DNA of 64,000 nucleotides from Stylophora pistillata (Eukaryota): NCBI RefSeq assembly GCF_002571385.2, contig NW_019218211.1, positions 52,359 to 116,358 of the forward strand, read 5' to 3'. Shown piece by piece: positions 50,301 to 63,638 of this stretch (position 1 is its first letter; each line of letters starts with the position of its first letter). The notes under the pieces were generated by a model. It saw only the letters and a program-made list of their open reading frames with translations, ran no database searches and was not told where the DNA came from. The position numbers and the translations under genes were made by a program.

Positions 50301-53300
50301 GATCTATATTAACTAATTTTCATTATCAGGATGGTCAAATATAACAACTATAACCGATAACGTGTTTTTGCTTTCGATAAAAAAAGAACAGCAACGGAGG
50401 AAGAGAAAACTTCGAGTTTAGATGGTGTTTATAATCAAGCGTTTGAATTGATTTAAAATCTGACATTTTGAGCTACAGTTAAGCACTGTGGTAACAATTT
50501 ATGTTTAAAAAAAAAAATTAAGATATAAGTCCAAACTGGAGTCAGCACGATCCGGCAATAGTGGAACAGAAAAAAAGCTATTAGATATGATAAATTCTAG
50601 AAAACGTACAAGAATGCTAACTTCATTCATCGACGTAGATGCCTTCTGAGATTAAATCCCCTCCTCCGGTTGTACTGATTCTGCTGGCAAAATCCCCATT
50701 TGAGGAAAAGAGACCCTTGTTGTTCGTTATACGGCAACAGCAGTGGCCTTAGCTTCTGGCAGTGACGCATACTTTTTTTGGAGCAGTTTTTAAGAAACAT
50801 GCTATATTTTTGAAGGGCCAAAAATCATCGAGATGCCTGAAATGATTAGCGTAAGGCTTTGTGTGCTTCTACTTCTGACTTACATATCGATGTAGTTTAT
50901 TTCGAACAGCAACCGTTATGATTACAGAAAGACTTACAACGCGATTGCTTAATAAGTACTTAAGAACATAATCGCCGTTTTCCACATATTTAACCGTCAT
51001 CTATCACGTTTTTCCTACTGCGAAAAAGTAATTTTGGAACATGAGACGAGTTTTTTTTTTTTTACATATAAACACACTCAAACGAAAACACTGCTAAATT
51101 TGACAGATGTCTCTTGATCGATGGTTATGGTGGAGTAGTGGAAGGTGCGCACAAAATTCGTGATTCGCCAACTCCAGAGCTTCCTGCCAAATCACTGATA
51201 TTCTCAATAACTCGCTGTAAAATTGCATTTTATGAATGCTTCACTTCTTGATACAAATTTAGAAGATAAAAACTTAATTCCAGTCATTCATTACTATAAT
51301 ACTGTCGTTTATGTGTGCTCATGCTGTTGTTGCTATTGTTGTCACAGATAGCATAACATACCCTCTGTCCTTTTGTACCACTTCGAGTTTTTTTTCAATC
51401 CTGCCACTTGTTGCAAACTGTCCTGACGTCTCAAAGAAGGTGAAATTCCGGATTCGCGTCCAAATCTCGCGTGGGCGTTGTCCCCTGTGAATTAAATTCA
51501 AATGATAACTCATTGATTAAAAAATGGCGAGAACATTTCTCCTTTCCGCAGTTTGGCGCGCCATCAGTTTCAACAAAAACGCAAAAGGCAAAGAAATTTC
51601 CTCACGCATATAATCTATGCACGCACATCAAATACCTGGTACATAGGTTAAGAAAAGCCCAGCAAAAGTTGGTTCGCTCCGGAGAATTGTCTAGCTCACT
51701 ACCCGATCTTCCGAGAGGAAGGCTTTTTATATCTTATGGGTGTAAGCCTTTTCCAGCTTCCCGTGACGTAATATCAGTTTATAAACAACATTGTTTTACG
51801 TGAGTCAAACAAAGGCCCTGGGAGGTTCCTATCTTAATCTTCCGTATTGGGTGGCAACCTAATCCTCAAAATCTACTTTAACATGTTTAAAATCGCGCCC
51901 GAACAAAAAAAAATCAACAAATCAATGTAATCTGTTTCGATTGCGGCTTCTACCCTCAATTTTAAAATCTCTCAAATTGCAAATTCATAAAAAAAAGTCT
52001 TGCGAAGACAGAAATTACAAGAAGCAAGATGAGGAGAGAAAACCAGCTACGAATTCAGGTGGATATCAATTACTCGGGTCATTCTTTGAAAAAATTCGCA
52101 AGCCCGACCCTTCCCAGCGTGTTCCTGTTTTTTTGTACTTAACCCATTAAGTATCACTAAATAAAGCCTAAAAGTCATGTTCAGACGTGCAAAGCAGTAA
52201 TTTCCGGCTTACGAAACTCTTAAACCACCTTTAATCCTTCATCTTCATCATTGGTATCCAGCAGTTTAAACCCTTAATCTCTTCCATAAATAGAGTCTCA
52301 GTTCAAGAGGTGAAACTCGAAGATGGCCTTCTAGATATTTGGGCTTGAGAAGAATTTTAATTTGTGGTTTTCGACCACTGTCTCTCTCGATCGGTCTACT
52401 CATGCACGGTAATGCAAAACATATCCTCACTAGTTTAGCTTTTTGCAGTCAATAGGTGCTTCAATGTTGGAAACAGGCGGGAATATCGAAACAGGAACTT
52501 TTCAGAGAATTGCATCGACAGGGTATAATCAGAAACTAAACTTATTATTCCTTAATGAAAAAATTCATTTTACATTTCATAATTCTTTAAAAGAAAAGAG
52601 GTCCACTAAAAACTACACTCTTCCTAAAATGAAATACAAAAAGGCTTGCTATGCCGTCTTTTAAATTACCAATCATCTGGGCTGTATCACCAGATTCCTT
52701 CCATTCTAAGGCAAATTAGTACAGATAAAACCAATCTAAAAGTCCTCAAAATTGATTAGAAAAATATTGGAAGTATTAGATGGAAAAAAAATGTATTTTT
52801 ATGCAATGTTTTCAAAGGTTAAGGATTGAAGGAAAGGTTGGGTGGCGAAAGATTTGATGCCATTCCAAATTCCGTCCTGACAGAACTTTTCAATTCCTAT
52901 TACGATCAGAAGTCCATTAATCTAACCTCAAATATGTTTCCAACGGTGATTTATCAATAAAGAGGAAACCTATTTGTAAATAATACTGCTTTGCACGACG
53001 AAAACTAAGGAGTCGTAGTCATAGTAAAACGATGTGGAGAAGTAAGACTTCTTGTTTTAAAGATCTAAAGTTACTCATCTATGTTAGATATAGGAAAGTT
53101 GCAAGTCCACTATTTTCGCAAGTAATTCGCTTGGGTATTTAACTCTGGTTTATGCTGTACATTCTAGAGGTTTAAGATTTGCTCAGATTGTATCTTTTTG
53201 TGTCGCGCGCGAGCCGTTGTTTGTTTAGTAAGATTTTCCCGCATTACAGCAAACCCACGATTTAACTGTTCCAGTTACTCAAAATCATGTCTTATCCTAA

Positions 53301-54944
53301 GGGAGAACGTTTATAAACCTTCGCACGTAGCAGGTAAGACTAGACTGGGCGTGACTTTCTGTGTCGGTTGGGGGTTGTTCATTTTTAGCCGGGGTATACT
53401 TTTCTCGTAAGACTCCCTGCGACTCTTCTTATTTAGCGCAACCCACAAGCCGCTTACGGTACTTTTGAAAACTTAGCTGGTGCCATGTGGTGGGTAAAAC
53501 AAGACTTTCTTTGATAACGAACTTACGAAACAAAATCGATTCTCTGTTGGCGGTCTTAATGATACAGCAACTTGCAACAAACACTCTTTCATTTCCCACC
53601 CATGTAGGGCTAAGCCAGAAATTACTATAAACGTTGCTCTTTCATAATACTGTTTACAAATTTAACCTCTATTTTTCCTTAATCTAGCGCAACTGTGTGG
53701 TCCACTAGCCACTCCATTCGATATGTTAAACCATCTTTTGGCAGATCTAATAAACGCTTTCGCATCTAGGTGCAGCTACTCACACACATAGAGAACAGTT
53801 ACTAGTATATTAGCACTGTTGGGATCAACTCGTTAATTTATCTTTTTCAGCCAGTTCGTTTGAGTAGGTTTGATACAAGTCAGAAGGTAATGAAAAAAGA
53901 TTAAGGTATGATTGGATAACAAACCTGAGCTCGTGCGTACTTAGTTCGGCCGCTATTTGGAAATCATGGTATCTTGAGCCAACCAAAGCTTCTAGACAGA
54001 CCTCCCTGATTGTTCTAAAAATTGTCAGTGAGTAAGTGATACTCCGACCGCCAACAGAATAGATAAATTCTCAATCACCCAGTTGGTAGAGTGGGTCGGA
54101 TACTTTCATAAAACAGGTGCTAAGAATAGCTGTGCATTTCACACTTAATCTAACTTGTGAACGCGTTGTCCACTAACTGGAGATATTACTAAGAGACTCT
54201 GCAGCAAGGTGAGGTTACCCTAAGTAAGCGTTAAGATTTCCCTCCGCAGTAAAGCTTTCATTGGAGGTATAATAATAATGATAACAACTTCATTTAAGGA
54301 GGGTAACGCATGACCGTAATTCCACTGATGAACTAGTGGCCCTCGATCCTAAAAGTATCATAATTAGATTTAAAATGTAAAATGAATTCGAGGATTAAAA
54401 ACAGGTCTATAAGAATGCAAGCTAAAAACTGTATGAAATAAAATATGCCACATAGGTCGGGTTAAAATACAATATGCCGCTTGGGTCGCCTTGGTTTCGC
54501 GATTGAAACGAGGGCAAGCGAGGTTTCATTTACTATAACGACCACTTCGTTCGTGCATTAAATTTAAGTACATAGTTCATGATCCTGAGCACTTTCGATT
54601 TCTATCTCATGCCACCGAAATCCCCAACAACTTACCTTCTTATGTAAATTGCATTGCGTCGCTATCTCAACGTTCCGGTTTAGCCAAGGGTCGATTTTTC
54701 AAATCAAAGTTTATCCCCACGACAATAATTCTCAGTGTACTTTAACCCGACCACAGCAGATCTGGGCGTGTAACCTTAACGATGAACAATTGAACTTAAA
54801 TACAGAGCAACAGGACGGAAGATCCACGTAATTCATAGTTATCAAAGGCAGAGAGGAAGCAGGTCATGATGGGCCATGACAAGTCTTCAACAGATCCCTC
54901 TTCGAAAGGACAATTTATGCTCAGAAAAAAAAAAAGTATTCTGT

Positions 54945-55085
54945 CAATTGTTTTCCCATTATCCAACCTAATCTTTCTTTCATGATCTCCTAGATAAGAC
55001 AAGAGTCAGAAAAAACAAGTTTTCCGCCAATTGTTTTCCCATTATCCAATCTAATCTTTTTTTCATGATCTCCAAGATAAGACAA
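54945..55085. repeat. Direct duplication of about 58 bp
   Basis: CAATTGTTTTCCCATTATCCAA.CTAATCTTT.TTTCATGATCTCC.AGATAAGACAA at 54945 and 55028. Confidence 0.85.
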
Positions 55086-58000
55086 AAGTTAGCATTGGCT
55101 GAGTTTGTGAGCTATCCACATAATCTATCCAATTTTTCAAGATATTAATCCTGATAATGTTATCCGTTGAGATCATTCTCGATCTGTTGTCTGTTTTTTC
55201 TCCCTAGGAAACAATTTTGAAGTTGCGCTCGGAGTTGTTAAAGAAGCTATATTCTTTGACAATATGTCAACCAAGTGAAGAATGTTTCATTCGTCTGTAG
55301 GTTGGAGTTGAGTGACGAAAATTATGTCCAAGTCTGTTGTTTTCTCTGCTTTTGTTAAAAATGAGTGAGTCTCATCCTTAGCTACAGCAGCGAAAAAGAT
55401 TCAGTTGAGTCGGCAACTTGTGTTACCGGAGCAATTGACAAAGTATTGCTCAATGCAATCATAATTTCCTTGGCGCATCGATAGTGAGTGAAAATTTGTG
55501 AACTTACGAATTCCATCAACACTTAGCTTTCTTGTATGTAATTATTTTCATTAGAGCCTTGTTTTTAGCCTACCTTCAATGAAGATAAAAAACCACATTA
55601 ACTAAACATCCCATTAAATTAAGCTGGCAATTTAACAAAAAAGATTTGGTTCCTTTTATCTTCACCGTCAAGAATGCACGATTGACTTTTGACCTTCAAA
55701 ATTATGGCAATAAAGAGGAAATATTTAGACTCTCTCACTAATTTCGAAATTGAAGAAAAAATCAGATAAGGAAATTCTTATCTTACTCCACAGCAATTTT
55801 GTGGTTTCCGACAAGCTCTCAAAAAAGCCAAAGTCCACTTTGTTTTCTGTTCTAACTTAAGTCTACAAGAATCCTGTTTAAAAACATTTCTTTTATGTCA
55901 TTCTGAACCACGAGTGGGCTATGTTTCGGTCTTCAAAACCACATCTCTCCTGGGAAAAATCTGCAGGGAAGAATTCTTACCTGATCAGTTAAATTGCGCA
56001 GTGCACTGCATACTTCCTGCAGACAAGAAGGCTTGGTGCAAGTGATACTTAAGAAAAACGTCATAGGATAAAAGGAAGGGGTGTGTAGGGAAGATGGAAA
56101 AAGAAAACCACAATCTTTCAGTAAAACATTTACAATTAATCGTGTAGCCTGATTGTCCTAGTGATTTTCTGAGATGGATTGTTAATGGCGGTAGTGGGTA
56201 ATGTTTGAACAACCTGAACGGAAGTCCTCATTCGTGTCAAGAGAAGAGGTATTTTTGTTCACTAGTCAGAGATTATGTAACAAGTATGGTTTCCGAAAAT
56301 GTGATTGGCTATGTGACTTAGGTCGCATTCGTGCCTTGTGATTGGTTAGTTTTAATCGGTGCAAAGTTAGGTGATTCTGCATGAATACGTTTTGTAGGGT
56401 GCCTAGGGAGAGAAGTCGCTTACGTTAGAAGACCTCTTCTCCCTTTCTCTTGATATCTGTCAGTATATCAGTCTATACATCTCAAAGATTGGCAACCTGA
56501 CAACCTTGGAGTTACTTAGCAGCTAGATTTCCGTCTAGCAGAGAGATTTTGCTTTTTTTTTTTTTTTTTTTTTTTTTTTCCAAGTCAGTTGTCACAGGTT
56601 AATTCCCGGCAGAAATTTCAGACATCTCGCAGCGAAAAGAAACAAAACCAAATTGATGTATACTGCGGTGGGTTTAATCTAAATCACTTTTACTGGAAGG
56701 CTTTAAGGAAAAATTTTCATCCAGAGATGCATTTTTATGTAGACATTAAAGCTAAGAAGGCTAAACGCTGAGAGGGTAAAAACTATTTTACGATAGGAAC
56801 TCGAAGATCTTGTTGGCACAAAGTCGTGAGGTGAAAAACAAGGTTAATCAGCTTACATTTTTTTTTACTCAATAGAATAAATAAATCAGCTTCATAATTC
56901 AATCATAGAGAAAAAATGTAAAGCCTAACAAGGCAATTCTTCTGAAATCTGAAATACCATTTCAGTTGAAGAAGATTCGAAAAATATCATAAACGGGCGT
57001 AATGCGATAAACGGCTAATCTCTCGACAATGCGACCTTCGTCAAGGTTAGTAAAATAAGATAAACAGATCGTTGTATTCGAAATTCTATGCTATCAGTGC
57101 AGGTTACGCGTGTCACCTGTGTTCGTAAGGATGTGTCTTCAAGTGCTCTCATGAAAAAACCACAACTCTGACTACGACCGTTACAAAAATACACTGAAAC
57201 TGAAAAACTGGCGACTTGATGCCCTCTGGAATAGGGAAGGGAGGGGGAAGGAATCTTGTGGCGATGCTACAGGGCCCTCAAACCCTGTTCTTCTTTCAAG
57301 ACGACATCTGTTCCTTTTGCTCCCCCTTAAGAACAGACATGTTTAGGTTGTGGCACTAATATCGATGTAATGTAGTCAGTTCTGACATAAGCGGCTACAA
57401 TCTTTGCAGTCAGAATTTTTTAAAAAAAAAATTTAGTAGCACACTTTAAACCCCCCACTGCTTTCGTTCCACCTCTGTTAAAAGTTTTCCGGTCTAGAGA
57501 AAGAATCTGTTCGAGATAGTAAATAGTTAAATAGACCATGTTTACGACTCAAGAATCTGAAAATCATATCCCATTTAGCGGCCCAAACCCGTTTAGGCCA
57601 AATAATGGAGTGCTCCTCACCTTTGGGGTTTGATCATGAAAGCTTTTAACAGTAGTCATCCAAATGGAGTCGTGTCCCTTACAGAGTTACAATGAGAAAT
57701 TCCAAGTCGTTTTAGTTTTCCTTTAACATAATCTGTAATCTTAAACGAAGTAGAGAAACAAACCTTTTGTCCACTGAGCCAGATGGAAAAACACCACAAC
57801 AGGAAGAATTATCCAAAACAGAACGAAAACGGCTGACAACGGACAAGATTAGCACAGATTTAAGTTGATAATCTTGAAAAATTTAGGGTCTAAGTGTCTC
57901 AAGAGAGACAAAGCGTGATTTATCTTCTGTAAGCTCTGGATTTGAAAATAAAAAAAAAAATTGCCAATACTAAAAATATCTAGAAATTACGAAACCCAAG

Positions 58001-58615
58001 GCTCCTGCAGAAGTAAAGAGATCAGTGACATCTACAATGATCTAGGGGTGGTGAACGCTTTAAATGCCTCAGTTTATCTTACCGCCGCTAAGTCTTTTTC
58101 TAATCTCTTTTATTCAGCAAATCGCTTTAGAAACCACTTGTACGCCATAATAATGCCTCTTTAATAACTCAGTTTTCATGGATATTACTAATCGCTCGAG
58201 CGTTTTCAATATTTGTGTGTCAAGGGTACGTCAAGATCTACCGTTGAAAAGAACAAGAGTAAACTTTAAAGTTTATCAATAACCTTTAAAGAGTAACCTA
58301 AATTAAAATAGGGCTTTCAAATACTCATCTGCCACTATGATCTTGTTAGTAAAACCCAAAGCTCTATTCTGTCTTTCCCCTTGTTTCTTTATGAAACGAC
58401 TGCAGATGAAATAACGTTTAAAAGATTATCTATAAACCCTATTATAACCAGGCACAAGTTCAGCATCCCTGTAATTTCATAGATGCCCATATGAGGTACT
58501 TATATAGGATTAATAGAACTGAACCGAGAAACCCTCCAGAAATTTCTTCGTTGTAATTAGTGCGGATATAAATGCTGAGTTTTTCAATTTCCTTTCTTCA
58601 CACCGTTTAGTTCTC

Positions 58616-60440
58616 ATGATGAAACTGATGAAAGTACTACTTTTACTGGTGGTTATGGCCTTGACTGTGTGTGAACCCAGACGCATTCGTAACTGGCTTC
58701 AAAGCGTAAGTTCATTTTTTCATCTTTTTCTGCTTTTTTCTTTTTTTTTAGCAAAAGCATTCATTCAAGCAAGAGCGCGTGGTAAAAGCGCGAAACAGGA
58801 AAAAGTCTGATTGTAGTTTTGGAAGATAAAGACATGTTTTCTCTAACATGGAAGCCGAATTGTGAATGTTCATTGTAAGAAATGTTGGACACTCTTCGCT
58901 TTTGAAAATTAGGCTCCATTTTAGTGCTGTATCTCAACTGTAACGTAGGCACAAATTCGGACATCAGTTTTCACTCAAAATAAGGAAAAGCATCATGAAA
59001 AAGTCTCTTTTCTAGCTATATCCGTGGTGAACAAGATAAGGTGGTATTCCTGAAAAATCTTTGTTGACAAAGAAAATTAATAGGATGTGAAGGAAAGTAG
59101 GGAAAAGTACAAGTACATGGGAAGACTACTGATAGTAAACCTTGGTTTGAATAGAATAGAGGTGTCCTTAAACAAAGTTTTAACAGTTTTAGTTTGTAAC
59201 AATGATTAGCTAAGCATCAATTTTCAGCTTTCACTCTATGCTATTTCAAAATTCTCAAAATGTACTCAAACATGTACCATCCTGGGATCAAAATGTGAAA
59301 TCAGAAAAGGTCAACAACGAGGCAAAAGACTTTAATCTAACTAGGAGCAAAAAGTCTTTCTGACAAAATTACTTTACAAAATCGATTGACCAAATCACAA
59401 ACAAAGGAAAGATATGCTTAGGAGCCATTTTGGCGCCTCCTCGCCTATCATATGCGATAAGAGGATATCCCTTTTCCTTTGGCATGCAGATCTGTTTACT
59501 GAACCTGACAACAAATGAAACATTATTGAATTCCTGAAGATACGAACGAATCAGTCATACTAACACAACTGAGTGTAACATGCAATCTGTTTAAAAGTTT
59601 TTCTATTTTTATTTTATTTTATCTACCTGTCCACGCTCTTAAGTCCACTAGACAACTGCGAACTTTACTTAAGAGGAACTCTTAATGTTTTCCTTCTTCC
59701 ATTTTTTCAGTGCTCTGTTATACGTGGTGCGCGGTGTAACGAAGACACTGAATGTTCTTGCTTAATGAGCCGTACCAGTCCTTCGCTGATCTGTAGTTAC
59801 AGGAATAGGTGCGAAGACAAAAGTCCTTTGGACGAAATTTGGAGGAAATTACCCGTAAGTTACTTAAATACCGGAAGTGATTAGCACGCTTAATCTTTGA
59901 GCAATTTCAATACTAAGTCCAGCTCACAGGTGATGAGAATACAAAAAAAGTCATCAGCTAAAGTTCGAGTCTGGCATCTTGATGTAACATGTCATTAACT
60001 CAACTAATTTACAACGCAATCAATAATCGGATCTTGGGGTTCAAAGGTTGAAATTGCAAAATAGAAACCTGCTGCATTTAAACCATTTACAGTACGCACA
60101 CTAATCGGATTGAAAATGGCATAGCGTTGTTCACGTTGACTTTGGTGCCTCAACCTCCCTGAATTGACGATGTACGAAAACCTGGCTCATTGAAGAGTTT
60201 TGCTACTTGATATATTATTGACTGATGCGAGGGTAGTTGGTCCACCGTGTCAGCTTTTTGTTTACTAATGCTCTATGTACATTTGTCTTCCAGTGTCCCC
60301 TTATTTACAAATCACTTTGCACGGAAGATGCCGATTGCCCTTGTAGCGAAGCTCCGCTGATCTGCGAAGACAGGGAATGTGTCAAGGCCAAACCCATTAG
60401 GAGACGCCTGCCAGGAACAACACCACTTCCTCCACATTAG
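58616..60440 (+). CDS. Secreted precursor with two 6-Cys knottin-like domains (paralog B, 126 aa)
   Basis: Exons 58616-58705 (MMKLMKVLLLLVVMALTVCEPRRIRNWLQS), 59711-59854 (CSVIRGARCNEDTECSCLMSRTSPSLICSYRNRCEDKSPLDEIWRKLP), 60294-60440 (CPLIYKSLCTEDADCPCSEAPLICEDRECVKAKPIRRRLPGTTPLPPH*). Same exon phases and 144-bp exon 2 as paralog A. Confidence 0.88.
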
Positions 60441-63400
60441 AGTTCTCAAAACTGCCCGATCGTAGTTTCCTTTGAGATAAAATAAAACCTTGAGCCCCCC
60501 TAATTGGTGTCCACATGCAAGTGTTAACAAGACTTGTGCAACTTGAAGTAAAACATAATGACCAGTTTTCTTTAGAATGTCGATTTTCAGTTTCCAATGC
60601 GTTTTTCCTTCTCCACAAAGGTATCCTTGTTGTTGTGGGTTCATTACTGCCTTTATGGCGTTTTCTATCAATTCGATCGAGCTGAAAGTAGAATTAAACA
60701 GTGCCAAAACTACCTTCAAAATCGTGCCCTTTAGCTCCATTTTCAGATTATGGAATATCCTCCTTCAACTACGTATCCCTCAACATCCTATAACTCACAA
60801 ATTACATCCGATGCACAAGCCGAAACAAATGAGTTTGCAACTGTAGGGACGAAAAACAAACATGTTTTTACTACTGATTATTAGCAATAGTAGGTTGTGA
60901 CAGCCACTGAATTACGTGGGATAAAAAGCCAACTGAACAATCATTTCCACGAACAATTTTGGTTCTCTTTACCAAATGCAGCGCAATGCTAATTACTGAT
61001 TCATTGTGAGTCGTTGGCGTTGAAACTTAATAAACAAATTGCAAATTTTGTTGGTATGTTTCATCTATAATAGAACCGGAGGATAATCTTATCAAGAACT
61101 GATTGATCATACTGTTTGTATTCAGAATGTTGAGTTAATCGTGTTTCGTTGTCAACAAATATATCGAATCCCGTATCACTCTGCCGCAAGAGCTCCAATA
61201 TTCAGATCCGAGAGTTCAGGCCACTGGTCCACAACGTAAAGTAGGGTCAAAACCCATGAAATCACACCAAGACCCAAACAAACCGAAGAAACCGACGGAA
61301 TAAATTATTTCTAACGCAAATAACGGACAACTCAAAGCGTAAGAAATCTTTCCTTTCCTTAAGCCTTTCTCTTTCTTGAAAAAAAATGAAGGCGTCATTA
61401 AATCGAAGGTTTGATTTAAAGAAAGGACAGTGAAGAGACTGTTTTCTACAACGAAAAAATTGGCTCTTTCTACCATAGTAGTTCTGGCCAAGATTTTCAG
61501 TTCTTATCAATGCAATGCTTTACGGCTCAACCAAACAGCAGAAAAGTTGATTACGTAACGTTAACGAAATGAAAAAAAAAAAAAGCGAGAACGTTGAGAC
61601 AAAAGCCAATGGACCAATTTTAAGCTGCTGTACATGTCGTTGATGGACGTTTTGTTAAAAAAGCTGATGAATGCAGTATCGATGACAGAAGCTGTTAAAT
61701 AAGGCAGATGTTACAAGTCATCGGCCACAAACAGGCTCGAATACAACTTGTTGTGTTGGTAGTCTGGTGGGTTCTTGTCTTTCAGTTATTACGTTTAATG
61801 TTCACTTTTAAAGGCGTTTTATTTTCTCTTTAAGTTAACTTTCAAAGCCCTCATTAAAAACCGCACAAAAAATCGCGAATTGAAAAAAAATTCAAACACT
61901 TTCGACCTAGACACCCCTTGACCCAGTTTTGATCTCACTTTGACTGATAAAAAAAAAAAAGGAAAAAAGAAAAGAAAAGCTGAAAGAGCTTTAAACAATA
62001 GCAAGGCATTCGATGTAAGGTTCTCAATAACCACTGACCAATTATCGCAACCATAACTGAAATAAAACTTCAGTTTTTTTAAACTGATTAGCTGACAAGA
62101 CAGTTATGCGGCGAATGCGGACCAATATTAGTTAATAATTTGACAAAAAAAAAATCTTGTTAATAAAAGCGATTGACAGTGGAGAAACGCTTGACATTAT
62201 TCCACGTATTGATCTCAAGGTATGCCACAGTTTAAGTGTCCTGATATTTTCCTGTGGACCTTATCCAATTAGACCAATTTTCTCGAAAAAGGATAAAAGA
62301 AATTACTTGTAAATGGGATTTTCTTAGTGACCTTAGCTAAACACGTAGCCACAGAAGCTAACAGACATACAGTGCGTGTAGGAGAGGTGCGACCTCGTCA
62401 TCTACTTTCTACAAGAAAATGGGGTAAAAAATAGCAGTACTGTTAACTAAAATGTTTAATCCTCCAGTAATAAGGCAAAGGAGCAGTTAATGGAATAAAC
62501 GTATTAGTTTCTGAAGTGATTACTGTGCAAAGTGCTCGGCAAGTGGAATAGTACTTGATTATCATCTAAAAATTGATGAAAGTAAATCAATCGCCGTTGC
62601 GAACTTTGAAGAGCTCGAGCTGACTTTTCGAGAGTCAATCCCCTCGTCGAAGCGCATAGCTCTGCATACTTTAAAGAAAGCATTCCGACGGATGCGCATT
62701 TTGCAGTGCAAGGCACCAGCAAGGTCAAATCTAATCTCGGAATCTAAGGAAACGTCACGGTTCATACGTGCCGGTATCTCCGGTATCTGAAAGGAAAGCG
62801 AAGGAGTCGGAACGTTTTCATCGAAAAAAAAAAACAAACAAACAAACAAAAAAAAACAGACTTCTGCAAGCTAGTGGTGCCAAAGTGTTTGCTACTCTCT
62901 TTTCAGCCTATCATTCGTAACATTAAAGAAAGGTAAAGGAGTACTCCAAAGACATAAGTAATCCGTTCTTTTATTTGGTATTGCTTCGTTGCGCTCTGTT
63001 AGTGAGACTGGTCTTGGTTGAAAACTCGCGCCAAACCCTTTATACTAGAACAGATCGCACATTTTCCCGCGCTTGCGATTGTTCAAGTGAGCTCATTCCT
63101 TAGTAATGCACTACACATCATACACTGCGCACACAAGCGCAAAAGCATTCGTAGCAACAGAAAAAAAAAGTGCGTCCTGACGGTCACATACTCTAAGAAT
63201 ACTTTTAGTCAATACCTTTCTTCGACTTTTGGTTTGCAATAAAACAAACAGTAAGCTGTTCCTCTAGATCAGCACAGCTCACCTATCATGTTATTTCAAG
63301 AATTAAGATAAATCAACACTCCCTGTGCCTGCAAAAATTAGCATGGATTACACATTCTCTTGATGAATGCAGTTGAAAGAATCTGATACGTAACTTGAGC

Positions 63401-63638
63401 CAGTCATATCTACTAAACGAGCACCGTTACCTTTTGTTTTTATTGTACATTTTAAGTCAAAGTAAAGAAGAAAACGATAAAAAAAATTAAAGGAATCTCT
63501 TACGAATCACCTTAATTCCTGTAATGCGGTCATTACTCTTGTTTTAGTGTTATGACACTCTATAATGTATGAAATAACAATAATCAAGCATAGTTCTTGT
63601 GTATAATTTCATTACTTATTGGGGATGCACTCACCAGA

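Noticed and set aside
51349-51359. TAGCATAACAT resembling the start of a cnidarian miRNA
   Set aside because: Only 11 nt match and there is no precursor hairpin.
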